32,000 nt of DNA from Akkermansia muciniphila ATCC BAA-835 (GTDB lineage: Bacteria > Verrucomicrobiota > Verrucomicrobiia > Verrucomicrobiales > Akkermansiaceae): positions 1,890,001 to 1,922,000 of the forward strand of contig NC_010655.1 of the NCBI RefSeq assembly GCF_000020225.1, given 5' to 3'. Positions 15,728 to 24,117 of the stretch are shown in pieces. The position numbers were made by a program, and so were the translations under genes. The notes under the pieces were generated by a model. That model ran no database searches. It was not told the origin of the DNA and saw only the letters and a program-made list of their open reading frames with translations. The number at the start of each line of letters is the position of its first letter. Positions within the stretch are counted from its first letter, which is position 1.

Positions 15728-17386
15728 TTAAGTATATTTCAGCACTTCTTCAATGGTGGTGTTGCCGTCATAAATATTTCTCAGCCCGTCTTCCCGCAGC
15801 GTGGACATGCCCATTTCAATGGCTTTCTGCTTCAGCACCACGGAAGGAGCGCGATCCGTAATCATGTCGCGCAGGGTATCGTTAATATCCAGGAGCTCAT
15901 AAATCCCCTTGCGGCCCCTGTAGCCGGAATTGGAGCATTTATCACAGCCTCGGCCCGTGAAAAAGTGCTTGTCTCCCAGTTCATAGGGAGAGACGCCAAG
16001 CTGGGAGAGGATGGTGGATGAGGGTTCATACGGCGTGCGGCAGTCCGGACAGATGGTGCGCACCAGGCGCTGTGCAAGCACCCCTTCCAGGGAAGCCGCC
16101 ACCAGGAAAGGTTCGCATCCCATGTCCACCAGTCGCGTAATGGCTCCGGCGGAGTCGTTCGTGTGCAGGGTGGAGAGAACCAGGTGACCCGTCAGGGATG
16201 CCTGGATGGCGATCTGCGCTGTTGCCATGTCTCGCATTTCCCCCACCAGAATACGGTCCGGGTCCTGTCGCAGGAAGGCGCGGAGCACCATTGGGAAGTC
16301 CAGGCCGATGGCTTCATTGATAGGAATCTGGATGATGCCGTCAATATCGTATTCAACAGGGTCTTCCGCCGTCAGCACCTTGGAATCAATGGTATTGATT
16401 TCACGCAGGGCGGCATACAGCGTAGTTGTCTTGCCGGCGCCGGTGGGGCCGGTAACGATGAAAATGCCGTTGGGCTTGTGGACCGTATCCAGAATATATT
16501 CGTGGATATGCGCGGGAAGCCCCAGGTTGTCCATGTTCAAGTTGACGGAAGAGCGGTCCAGAACGCGGAGCACCACGGATTCTCCGTACTGAGTGGGAAG
16601 GGAGGAAACGCGCATGTCCACGGAACGGTTTCCTATCTGCTTGACGATGCGTCCGTCCTGCGGAATGCGGCGTTCCGCGATGTTCATGTTCGCCATGACT
16701 TTGACGCGGGAAATGACCGGCACGGACAGGTGGACGGGGGGAGGCTGCATTTCATACAGGGCGCCGTCCACACGGTAGCGGATTTTGAATTCCTTCTCAA
16801 AAGGTTCGAAGTGAATGTCGGAGGCCTTTTCCTTGATGGCCTGCGTAATGACGAGGTCCACAAAGCGGATGACGGGAGCGGCGGCGGAGTCCTCCGTCTC
16901 ATTGTTGACCTGCATGTTGTTCAGCTCCTGCATCAGGTCGGACATGGCGGCGGATTCGCCTCCATAAAGCTCATTGATGCGTTCGGAAATCTGGTAATCC
17001 GGCGCTACCAGAACATGGATGTCCTGGCCGAGGGCGAAGCGCAGGTCTTCCACCGTCTGGGGATTCAGGGGATCCACCAGGCAGACGTACAGGCCTTCCG
17101 GACCATGCCGCACAGGGAGCGCCCCGTGCAGGCGCACGAGCGTGGCCGGCATCATGTTCTGCACGTTCGGATCCGGCTGGAAGTTGTCCAGTGTAATGAA
17201 TTCCGTACCCAGGTCGCTGGCAATCATCTGCCAGATATCATCCTTGCTGCCGATGATGCCGAAGTCTGCAAGCACTTCCGGCAGCTCCTTGCCGGAGGCG
17301 ATCATTTCCTCCTTGATGTCCTTTGCCAGGGATTTGTCAATCATTCCCCGGCCGATGAAAAGTTCCAGTGTGAGGTTGGTGTCCAT
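15728..17386 (-). CDS. Type II/IV secretion ATPase (GspE/PilB family), paralogue 1
   Basis: 552 aa. It has an N-terminal GSPII_E_N-like helical domain, Walker A GPTGAGKTTT, Walker B ILVGEMRD, His box TGHLVLSTLHTND and a tetracysteine CPDC...CDKC. Confidence 0.93.
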   Translation of the reverse strand: MDTNLTLELFIGRGMIDKSLAKDIKEEMIASGKELPEVLADFGIIGSKDDIWQMIASDLGTEFITLDNFQPDPNVQNMMPATLVRLHGALPVRHGPEGLYVCLVDPLNPQTVEDLRFALGQDIHVLVAPDYQISERINELYGGESAAMSDLMQELNNMQVNNETEDSAAAPVIRFVDLVITQAIKEKASDIHFEPFEKEFKIRYRVDGALYEMQPPPVHLSVPVISRVKVMANMNIAERRIPQDGRIVKQIGNRSVDMRVSSLPTQYGESVVLRVLDRSSVNLNMDNLGLPAHIHEYILDTVHKPNGIFIVTGPTGAGKTTTLYAALREINTIDSKVLTAEDPVEYDIDGIIQIPINEAIGLDFPMVLRAFLRQDPDRILVGEMRDMATAQIAIQASLTGHLVLSTLHTNDSAGAITRLVDMGCEPFLVAASLEGVLAQRLVRTICPDCRTPYEPSSTILSQLGVSPYELGDKHFFTGRGCDKCSNSGYRGRKGIYELLDINDTLRDMITDRAPSVVLKQKAIEMGMSTLREDGLRNIYDGNTTIEEVLKYT

Positions 17387-17414
17387 AATAAGCAGAATGA
17401 ATAGCGGGGAAAAA

Positions 17415-19055
17415 TCAGTTGGCGTCTCCCATGGTGACGTTCAGCACTTCTTCCGGAGAAGTAAGGCCGGCCAGCACTTTGCGTACGCCGTCTTCCCTCA
17501 AGGTTCTCATGCCCAGTTCCCGGGCGCGCTGGCGCAGCTGGGGGGAAGTCAGATTTTCGTTAATCATGCGGCGCACCTCGTCGTCGATTTCGAAAATCTC
17601 AAACAGCCCCATCCGGCCCTTGAATCCGCCGCCGCGGCAAAAGTCGCAGCCGTGGGGCGCCTTGATTTGGCCCTGGGCAAGGCGGGACATGTCAATGTTC
17701 AGCGTATGCGCCTGCTTTTCCGTCAGAGTGCCGTCCACCTTGCAGCGGTCGCACAGCTTGCGGACAAGACGCTGGGCCATGATGGCGCGGACGGAGGAGG
17801 CGATCAGGAAGCGTTTGATGCCGATGTCCGCCAGACGGGCCACGGCGCTGGGAGCGTCATTGGTGTGAAGGGTGGAGAATACGAGGTGCCCCGTCAGGGA
17901 GGCGTTGATGGCGATGCTGGCTGTTTCCATGTCTCGAATTTCCCCGATCATGATGATGTTGGGAGCCTGGCGGAGCATGGCGCGCAGGGCGGCGGCGAAG
18001 GTCATGCCGATATCCGCCTTTACCATTACCTGGTTGATGCCGGAGAGTTCGTATTCCACAGGGTCTTCCACCGTGATGATTTTTTTATCCGGGCGGTTGA
18101 TGTGGTTCAGGCACGCGTAAAGGGTCGTGGTTTTACCGGAACCGGTAGGACCCGTCACCAGGATAATGCCGTCCGGCAGCGTGATGAGGCGGTCGAACAC
18201 AGCTTCATCATCCGAGAAAAATCCGAGCTGGGGAAGGCCCAGCACCAGGGCGGATTTGTCCAGGATACGCATGACGATGCTTTCCCCGTGGTTGCTGGGG
18301 ACGGATGAAACACGGAGGTCGATTTGCTTGCCGCCGATGCTCATCTGGATTCGCCCGTCCTGGGGCATGCGTTTTTCCGCAATGCTCATGGTGGTACTCA
18401 TTACCTTGAGGCGAGCGATGATGGGGCTGAGCAGTTTTTTGGGATGCGTGGCCACTTCCACCAGCTTGCCGTCCACGCGGTAGCGGATGCGGAGCCTGTT
18501 TTCCATGGGCTCAATGTGGATGTCGGAAGCCCTCATTTTGAAAGCGTCCGTCAGCATCTGCTGCACCAGCCGGATAATGGGAGCATCCTCCCCTTCCAGC
18601 CCGTCGGTTTCTTCCGGAACGCTCAGATCCCGGTAAAATTCATTCAACCGGCTTTCTACCGCGCTGTGGGTGGCGACGCTGAAAATCACATCCCGCCCCA
18701 TCAGCTGGGGCAGGCTGTCCATGGTTTCCAGATTCAGGGGGTCGTCAATAGCAATGTTGATGGAAAAACCGTCGTCGGAAATGGGGATGGCCCGGAAGCG
18801 CCTGGCAAGTTCCGGCGTAATGAGTTCGCGCACCTCCTGGGGGATGTGCATGGAGCCCAGGTCCACGACGGGGAGCAGGGAGTTTGACGCCGCCACCTGA
18901 GCGATGACGTCTTCCGTAAGATAATCGGCCTGAATCAGAAAATCGACCAGGTCCTGGGTGGGAGATTTTTGACTGCGCGCGTACTGAAGAATTTCTTCAT
19001 TCAGATATCCGGCCTGCGTAAGAAGTTCGATGAGATATGATTCGTTGGAGTACAC
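17415..19055 (-). CDS. Type II/IV secretion ATPase (GspE/PilB family), paralogue 2
   Basis: 546 aa with a GTG start (19053-19055) and no nearby in-frame ATG. It has an N-terminal GSPII_E_N-like domain, Walker A GPTGSGKTTT, Walker B IMIGEIRD, His box TGHLVFSTLHTND and a tetracysteine CDRC...CDFC. Its stop lies 28 nt upstream of the paralogue 1 start. Confidence 0.9.
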   Translation of the reverse strand: MYSNESYLIELLTQAGYLNEEILQYARSQKSPTQDLVDFLIQADYLTEDVIAQVAASNSLLPVVDLGSMHIPQEVRELITPELARRFRAIPISDDGFSINIAIDDPLNLETMDSLPQLMGRDVIFSVATHSAVESRLNEFYRDLSVPEETDGLEGEDAPIIRLVQQMLTDAFKMRASDIHIEPMENRLRIRYRVDGKLVEVATHPKKLLSPIIARLKVMSTTMSIAEKRMPQDGRIQMSIGGKQIDLRVSSVPSNHGESIVMRILDKSALVLGLPQLGFFSDDEAVFDRLITLPDGIILVTGPTGSGKTTTLYACLNHINRPDKKIITVEDPVEYELSGINQVMVKADIGMTFAAALRAMLRQAPNIIMIGEIRDMETASIAINASLTGHLVFSTLHTNDAPSAVARLADIGIKRFLIASSVRAIMAQRLVRKLCDRCKVDGTLTEKQAHTLNIDMSRLAQGQIKAPHGCDFCRGGGFKGRMGLFEIFEIDDEVRRMINENLTSPQLRQRARELGMRTLREDGVRKVLAGLTSPEEVLNVTMGDAN

Positions 19056-19267
19056 GTCGATCTCTGGATGCTATTGTTGGAAGTCTGCCGAAATGGAGCG
19101 GCAGGATACTCCCCTATTTCTGACAGGTTCGGAACGTAAAGTCAACTTAGCTTCCCTCAAAATGGCATTTTTTTTCGGGCGTGTCCGGAGGCGGGAAGAA
19201 CCTCCTTCCCTCTCCGCCGCTTTCCAAACCCTGCGGAATCTTCCGGAAAGCGGGATTTTCCCTGTAC

Positions 19268-20272
19268 TCAGGGCTTCTGGCGGGGGAGCTTGGAAAGCAG
19301 GTCTTCCAGCTCCGGCATGCTGGATACCCGCACCAGGCGGGAACGCATTTCCTTGGCGCCGGGAAATCCCTTCGTATAAGCCAGGATTCGTGACCTCATA
19401 TGGCGCATGGTGTGAAGTTCGTCCCCATAATGGCGGGATTCCAGGGCCATCCGGGCATGCCGCAAAATCAGGGCCGCCTTTTCCTGCGGGTCTCTGGCCG
19501 GCGGCATGGTTCCGTGCAGCAGATAATACTTGGCGTCTCCGAAAATCCATGGGTTTTCCATGGCCGCACGGCCAATCATGACGCCGCTGACGGCCGTATT
19601 TTCTTTTACATAAGCTACGGCCTGCGGGGTGGAAATATCCCCGTTCCCGATGACCGGCACGGACATGGCCCGCGCGCATTCGTCAATAATGTCCCAGTTG
19701 GCCGTTCCGGAATACTGCTGGGAGCGGGTGCGCCCGTGAATGGTGATCATGGAAATTCCCTCATTCTCCAGCAGGCGGCACGCGTCCATGGCGCACAGGC
19801 TCTGAAAATCCCAGCCAATACGTATTTTGGCCGTGACGGGGATTCTCTCTCCTACGGCTTTCACGACGCCTCCGGCAACGGAAGCCAGCAGGGGAAGGTC
19901 TTTCAGGAGGGAGGAACCTCCATTTTTGCCAACCACCTTGGGAACCGGGCAGCCGAAGTTGATATCGATAAAATCCGGCTTTTCATGGTCCAGGATAATT
20001 CTGGCCGCCTCTCCCATGTGGTTCCCATCCGCTCCGAAGAGCTGGATGCCTATGGGGCGGTGGGCATTTTCTATCTTTGTGTACCTGCGGTTTCTTTCCC
20101 ATGCCTGGAGAATTCCTTCCGCAGAGACGAATTCCGTTACCATTACATCCACTCCAAGCTCCTTGCAGATAGTGCGGAAAATGGGGTCCGTCACTCCAGC
20201 CATTGGAGCCAGGAACAGCGGGAAATCCGTTTTGAAGAACGGGAGGGGAGCGGGACGGTTGGAAAAAGTCAT
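19268..20272 (-). CDS. dusB: tRNA-dihydrouridine synthase
   Basis: 334 aa. The translation FLAPMAGVTDPIFRTICKELGVDVMVTEFVSAEG...DINFGCPVPKV...TIHGRTRSQ matches the Dus FMN TIM-barrel family. Confidence 0.9.
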   Translation of the reverse strand: MTFSNRPAPLPFFKTDFPLFLAPMAGVTDPIFRTICKELGVDVMVTEFVSAEGILQAWERNRRYTKIENAHRPIGIQLFGADGNHMGEAARIILDHEKPDFIDINFGCPVPKVVGKNGGSSLLKDLPLLASVAGGVVKAVGERIPVTAKIRIGWDFQSLCAMDACRLLENEGISMITIHGRTRSQQYSGTANWDIIDECARAMSVPVIGNGDISTPQAVAYVKENTAVSGVMIGRAAMENPWIFGDAKYYLLHGTMPPARDPQEKAALILRHARMALESRHYGDELHTMRHMRSRILAYTKGFPGAKEMRSRLVRVSSMPELEDLLSKLPRQKP

Positions 20273-20478
20273 GATTCCTTAGGATGAGGCTAGCACGGGT
20301 TCCCGTCCCATTCAAGCATCTTGCCTGTTCTGGCGAAGAAGGGAAGGTGCAAGATGCCGGTGCTGTGCAAACATCGGAGCGTCGAAAATATGGCGCTCAA
20401 TAAAGAGGTGCAGTAGTCCGCCCGGTTTTCCGGAGGAAATTGCAGGCGCGCTGGACAGTATCGTTTGTTTTCGGGAAG

Positions 20479-20512
20479 AAAAAACGGCTTCACTTTTTGA
20501 GTGAAGCCGTTT
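20479..20512 (-). terminator. Rho-independent terminator after the YlbF-like gene
   Basis: 12-bp stem: 20482-20493 AAACGGCTTCAC pairs with 20501-20512 GTGAAGCCGTTT, with a 7-nt loop. The minus strand continues into T6 (complement of A20479-A20484). It starts 22 nt after the stop at 20534. Confidence 0.75.
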
Positions 20513-20533
20513 GGCAAAAGTTGAAAGATTGTC

Positions 20534-21043
20534 TTAATGGTTGCCGCAGCCGCAACCGCCGTCCTTATGGTCGTGGTCACACTTGCCGTCGCAATCGCAA
20601 TTTTCCTTGTCGCACTGGCCGCCGCAGGAGCAGGAGGACTGGGCGCTCATGGCGCGCTGGCGGGCTTCCTCTATTTCTTCAGGAGTGGGAGCGCGGCCAA
20701 GGTCAATGGACATGCCCAGATAATGATTGATGGTGTTCAGGAGTTCGTCAATGGTCTGGCGGGCTTCCAAAAAGCCGCGGGCCGCATCATTCTTGATGAC
20801 GTTTTCACGCAGGGCGTCGAATTTGGAAATTTCCTCTTCGGTAGGAGGCATTCCCGCCAGGTGCTTGTTGCGCAGTTCTTCTCCGTAAGCGTTTACTTCT
20901 TCAAAAAGCTTGGTTGCTTCCGGATTTTGGAAAAAGAGACCTATTTTTGCCTTGGAGGCCACAACCTTGTCTTCCTTGGCGAGCAGATTGCAAAGGGCTT
21001 CCGTGGCGGCGCGCAGGTTGTCGTTGAGAACGGGGGTATTCAT
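20534..21043 (-). CDS. YlbF/YmcA (RicF-like, Com_YlbF) family protein with a Cys/His/Asp-rich C-terminal tail
   Basis: 169 aa. The helical N-terminal ~135 aa (KIGLFFQNPEATKLFEEVNAYGEELRNK...ISKFDALRENVIKNDAARGFLEARQTIDELLNTIN) resembles the YlbF/YheA family. The tail is SSCSCGGQCDKENCDCDGKCDHDHKDGGCGCGNH. Confidence 0.7.
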   Translation of the reverse strand: MNTPVLNDNLRAATEALCNLLAKEDKVVASKAKIGLFFQNPEATKLFEEVNAYGEELRNKHLAGMPPTEEEISKFDALRENVIKNDAARGFLEARQTIDELLNTINHYLGMSIDLGRAPTPEEIEEARQRAMSAQSSCSCGGQCDKENCDCDGKCDHDHKDGGCGCGNH

Positions 21044-21149
21044 ATGAGATTTATTTAATCATGCCTTTTCGTGCAGGGCAATCCGGTTGCGAGGCATGGC
21101 ACGCATTTCCTTGCCGCAGGTTTGCTGCAGGTGGGAAATCCGGAAGAAT

Positions 21150-21184
21150 AAAAAGGCGTTCCGCTTGACGTGGAACGCCTTTTT
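21150..21184 (-). terminator. Rho-independent terminator after the aminotransferase gene
   Basis: A5-GGCGTTCC (21150-21162) pairs with GGAACGCC-T5 (21172-21184), with a 9-nt loop. This gives a GC core of 8 bp plus A/T extensions, 18 nt after the stop at 21202. Confidence 0.75.
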
Positions 21185-21201
21185 ATGGTGATCAACGTTT
21201 T

Positions 21202-22368
21202 TTAATGCGCCTTGCAGAATTCTTCAAAGCGGTCCAGAGCTTCTTTCAGAATGTCCAGCGTGGTGCAGTAGCTGATGCGGATGGCCTTGTCATTGCCGAA
21301 GGCGATGCCGGGGACGGCCGCGACCTTGTAGCGTTCCAGAAGCTTGTCGCACAGATTCAGGGAGGTGAGTCCCAGCCTGCTTGTGTCCACAAAGAAGTAG
21401 AAAGCGCCCTGCGGCTCCACAACACTGATATTCGGGATGGCGCTGAGGCGGGAGTAAACGTACTGGCGGCGCATGTCATATTCGTCGCGCATGTCGCTGA
21501 TGAAGCTCTGGTCTCCCGTAAGGGCCTCAATACCTCCATACTGGGCGAACGTACAGACGTTGGAAGTGGTGTGATCCTGAATCATCTGGATGGCCTTGGC
21601 AATGGCTGCCGGAGCTGCGGAATAGCCTAGGCGCCATCCAGTCATGGCGTAGCCCTTGGAGAAGCCGTTGATGGTGATGGTCAGGTCGTACAGTTCCGGA
21701 CTGAGGGAGGCGATGCTGACGTGCCTGGCGTCCCCGTATACGAGGTGTTCGTAAATTTCATCAGCCAGGATGAGGATGTCTTCGCTCAGGGCCACTTCTC
21801 CCAGGGCGCGCAGTTCTTCTTCGGAATAAACGGACCCGGTCGGATTGTTCGGGGTAGTGAGGATGACCATCTTGGTGCGGGGGGTCATGGCTTCCTCAAA
21901 TTGTTCGGCGGTAAGCTTCCATCCGTTTTCCGCCGTGGTTTCCACGATGACGGGGATGCCTCCGCACATGCGGACCATTTCCGGATAGCTGACCCAGTAC
22001 GGAGCGGGGATGATGACTTCATCCCCCTCGGATACGGTTGCCATGATGGCGTTGAAACAGGCGTGCTTGGCGCCGGCTCCCACGGTGATCTGGGTGAAAT
22101 CGTATTCCAGGTTGTTTTCCCTCTTGAGCTTTTCTGCGATGGCCTGGCGGAGTGCGGGAAGACCGGCGGAAGGCGTATATTTGGTGGCTCCGTTGTTCAG
22201 GGCCGCGATGGCTGCCTGCTTGATGTTTTCCGGGGTGTCCATTTCAGGTTCACCGCCTGCCAAACCGTAAACTTCTTCACCGGAGGCTTTCATAGCCTTG
22301 GCCCGGTTGGTCACCTTGAGGGTCAGGGAAGGGGTCAATGCCGCAATGCTGGGGGAAATCATGTCCAT
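21202..22368 (-). CDS. Pyridoxal-phosphate-dependent aminotransferase, class I (aspartate aminotransferase-like)
   Basis: 388 aa. Family strings include YTPSAGLPALRQAI, IIPAPYWVSYPEM and TPNNPTG, plus the PLP-lysine context INGFSKGYAMTGWRLGY. Confidence 0.92.
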   Translation of the reverse strand: MDMISPSIAALTPSLTLKVTNRAKAMKASGEEVYGLAGGEPEMDTPENIKQAAIAALNNGATKYTPSAGLPALRQAIAEKLKRENNLEYDFTQITVGAGAKHACFNAIMATVSEGDEVIIPAPYWVSYPEMVRMCGGIPVIVETTAENGWKLTAEQFEEAMTPRTKMVILTTPNNPTGSVYSEEELRALGEVALSEDILILADEIYEHLVYGDARHVSIASLSPELYDLTITINGFSKGYAMTGWRLGYSAAPAAIAKAIQMIQDHTTSNVCTFAQYGGIEALTGDQSFISDMRDEYDMRRQYVYSRLSAIPNISVVEPQGAFYFFVDTSRLGLTSLNLCDKLLERYKVAAVPGIAFGNDKAIRISYCTTLDILKEALDRFEEFCKAH

Positions 22369-22537
22369 TGTTGTGGTGCAGTCGTAGATTTTGATGCCCT
22401 GGCGGAAAACAGGCTGTTCTCCGCATAGGCGGAAAAACTTTACTCATTGAGCGCACCCCTGGCAAGGAGAATGCTTGCGGCGGCCATTCTTTTTCTTGCG
22501 GAGGGCGTTCCTCCCTCTATGGAAGGGATTTTTCCCG

Positions 22538-24103
22538 TCAGCGTTTCAGGAATTTGGCGCGCACCGCTTCCAGCTCCGGCGTCTTCAGCAGGAAAGCCGC
22601 CGCCAGGTAAACGATGCCGGCGCAACCGCAGACCAGGGATATCCCCAGCACCCTGGCCGGGAAGGTCCAGTTCAGGAAGCCCTGGAGGAACCATGCCTTG
22701 CCTGCCCAGCACACGGCCCCCAGAAATATTCCCGCCGCCATGATCCTGGCCAGTCCGGAAAGCAGCGTCCGTCCGTCTACGCCGCCCAGCTGGCGTCGCA
22801 GGTAAAAGAAGTAAAAGAGAAAATTGAAGGTAGTGACCACGGAGGTGGTCAGCGCCAGCCACGCCGCGTTTTTATGCAGGATGTAGACGAAACAGTAGTT
22901 GAGGCCGATGCTGATAGCCAGAGCCACAGCGGCGGCAATCAGGGGAACCCAGCGTTTTTCAAGAGCCAGGAAGACGGGCTGTACCACCTTGGTCCCGGCA
23001 TAGCCCAGCAGGCCCAGGGAATAGGCTCCCAGCACTTCCCCCGTGTAACGCACGGCCTCCTGGTTGAAGCGGCCCCACTGGTATACGGAGGAGACGAATT
23101 CCGTTCCCAGGATGGAGAGGATGAGAAAAGCGGGTACCGCAAAGAATGCCACCAGCCGCAACCCCTTGGCGATGTGGACAGCCACCTCTTTTCTGCCGTC
23201 TCCCACCATCATGCGGGAAACAGCGGGCAGCACCACCATGCCCGTCGCAACTCCGAAGAGCCCCACGGGAAGCTGCCAGAGGCGGAACGCCGTGGTCAGG
23301 GCGGTGACGGAGCCTTTTTGGAGATCCAGAGCGAACCCCGTATTGATGAAGATGGTGAACTGCGTCACGCCTGAAGCCAGCACGGAGGGAAGCATCAGCC
23401 CCCAGATTTTGCGCACGCGGGGATCGTTCCATTGGAAATTGGGTTTCCAGCAGAAGCCGGTTTTGCTGAGTTTGGGGAGCTGCACGGCAATCTGGGCCAT
23501 GCCCCCGATGGTGACGCCGCAGGCAAAACCGTACAAAGCTTTGGGGCCGAAGGATGGATCAATGAAATATCCAATCAGAAGGCCGAGCAGGATGGAAGTA
23601 ACGTTGAAAGCGGCGGAGGCCAGCATGGGCAATCCGAAAACCCCCACCATGTTCAGCGCCCCCATGATGAGGGCGGACAGGGAGGCGAATCCGATGAAAG
23701 GCCACATGATGCGGCTCAGGTCTGTGGCGAACAATTGCTCCGCCAGAGAGTGATCCCCGCTGTAGAGGGCTTCCATGACGGGCCCTGCAAATAGAATCCC
23801 CAGCGTTACAATGGCGATCATCAGGGCGGAAAGCTGGGTAGCTACCTTGTTGGTCAGTTCCCACGCGGCCGCGTCTCCCTGCGCCTCCCGCGTTTTGGAG
23901 GCTACGCTGGTATAGGATTGGGAAAGAGCCCCTTCCGCAAACAGATCTCTTAACAGGTTGGGAATACGGAAAGCCGTGTAAAAGGCGTCCAGGGCTCCCG
24001 TGGCCCCGAACAGGGAGGTGTACACAATTTCCCTGGCCATGCCTGTCAGGCGGCAGGCGAAGATGGCGCCGGAGGCAACCAGGCTGTTCCGCATCAGGGA
24101 CAT
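22538..24103 (-). CDS. murJ: Lipid II flippase MurJ (MviN)
   Basis: Polytopic membrane protein. The N-terminus MSLMRNSLVASGAIFACRLTGMAREIVYTSLFGATGALDAFYTAFRIPNLLRDLFAEGALSQSY is the MurJ signature region. I start at ATG 24101-24103. The track start at 24139 is a TTG that overlaps the upstream gene. Confidence 0.9.
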   Translation of the reverse strand: MSLMRNSLVASGAIFACRLTGMAREIVYTSLFGATGALDAFYTAFRIPNLLRDLFAEGALSQSYTSVASKTREAQGDAAAWELTNKVATQLSALMIAIVTLGILFAGPVMEALYSGDHSLAEQLFATDLSRIMWPFIGFASLSALIMGALNMVGVFGLPMLASAAFNVTSILLGLLIGYFIDPSFGPKALYGFACGVTIGGMAQIAVQLPKLSKTGFCWKPNFQWNDPRVRKIWGLMLPSVLASGVTQFTIFINTGFALDLQKGSVTALTTAFRLWQLPVGLFGVATGMVVLPAVSRMMVGDGRKEVAVHIAKGLRLVAFFAVPAFLILSILGTEFVSSVYQWGRFNQEAVRYTGEVLGAYSLGLLGYAGTKVVQPVFLALEKRWVPLIAAAVALAISIGLNYCFVYILHKNAAWLALTTSVVTTFNFLFYFFYLRRQLGGVDGRTLLSGLARIMAAGIFLGAVCWAGKAWFLQGFLNWTFPARVLGISLVCGCAGIVYLAAAFLLKTPELEAVRAKFLKR

Positions 24104-24117
24104 GAAAGGGGGGGAAT

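Noticed and set aside
18900-19055. Possible c-di-GMP-binding MshEN motif in the N-termini of the two GspE/PilB paralogues.
   Set aside because: Both N-termini have the paired helical repeats of the GSPII_E_N fold. These are LLTQAGYLNEEIL / FLIQADYLTEDVI in paralogue 2 and FIGRGMIDKSLAKDI / LADFGIIGSKDDIWQMI in paralogue 1. The canonical RLGxx(L/V/I)(L/V/I)xxG...LxxxLxxQ signature is not satisfied, because the Arg-Leu-Gly start is absent and the Gln is out of register. There is no sequence support for c-di-GMP binding.
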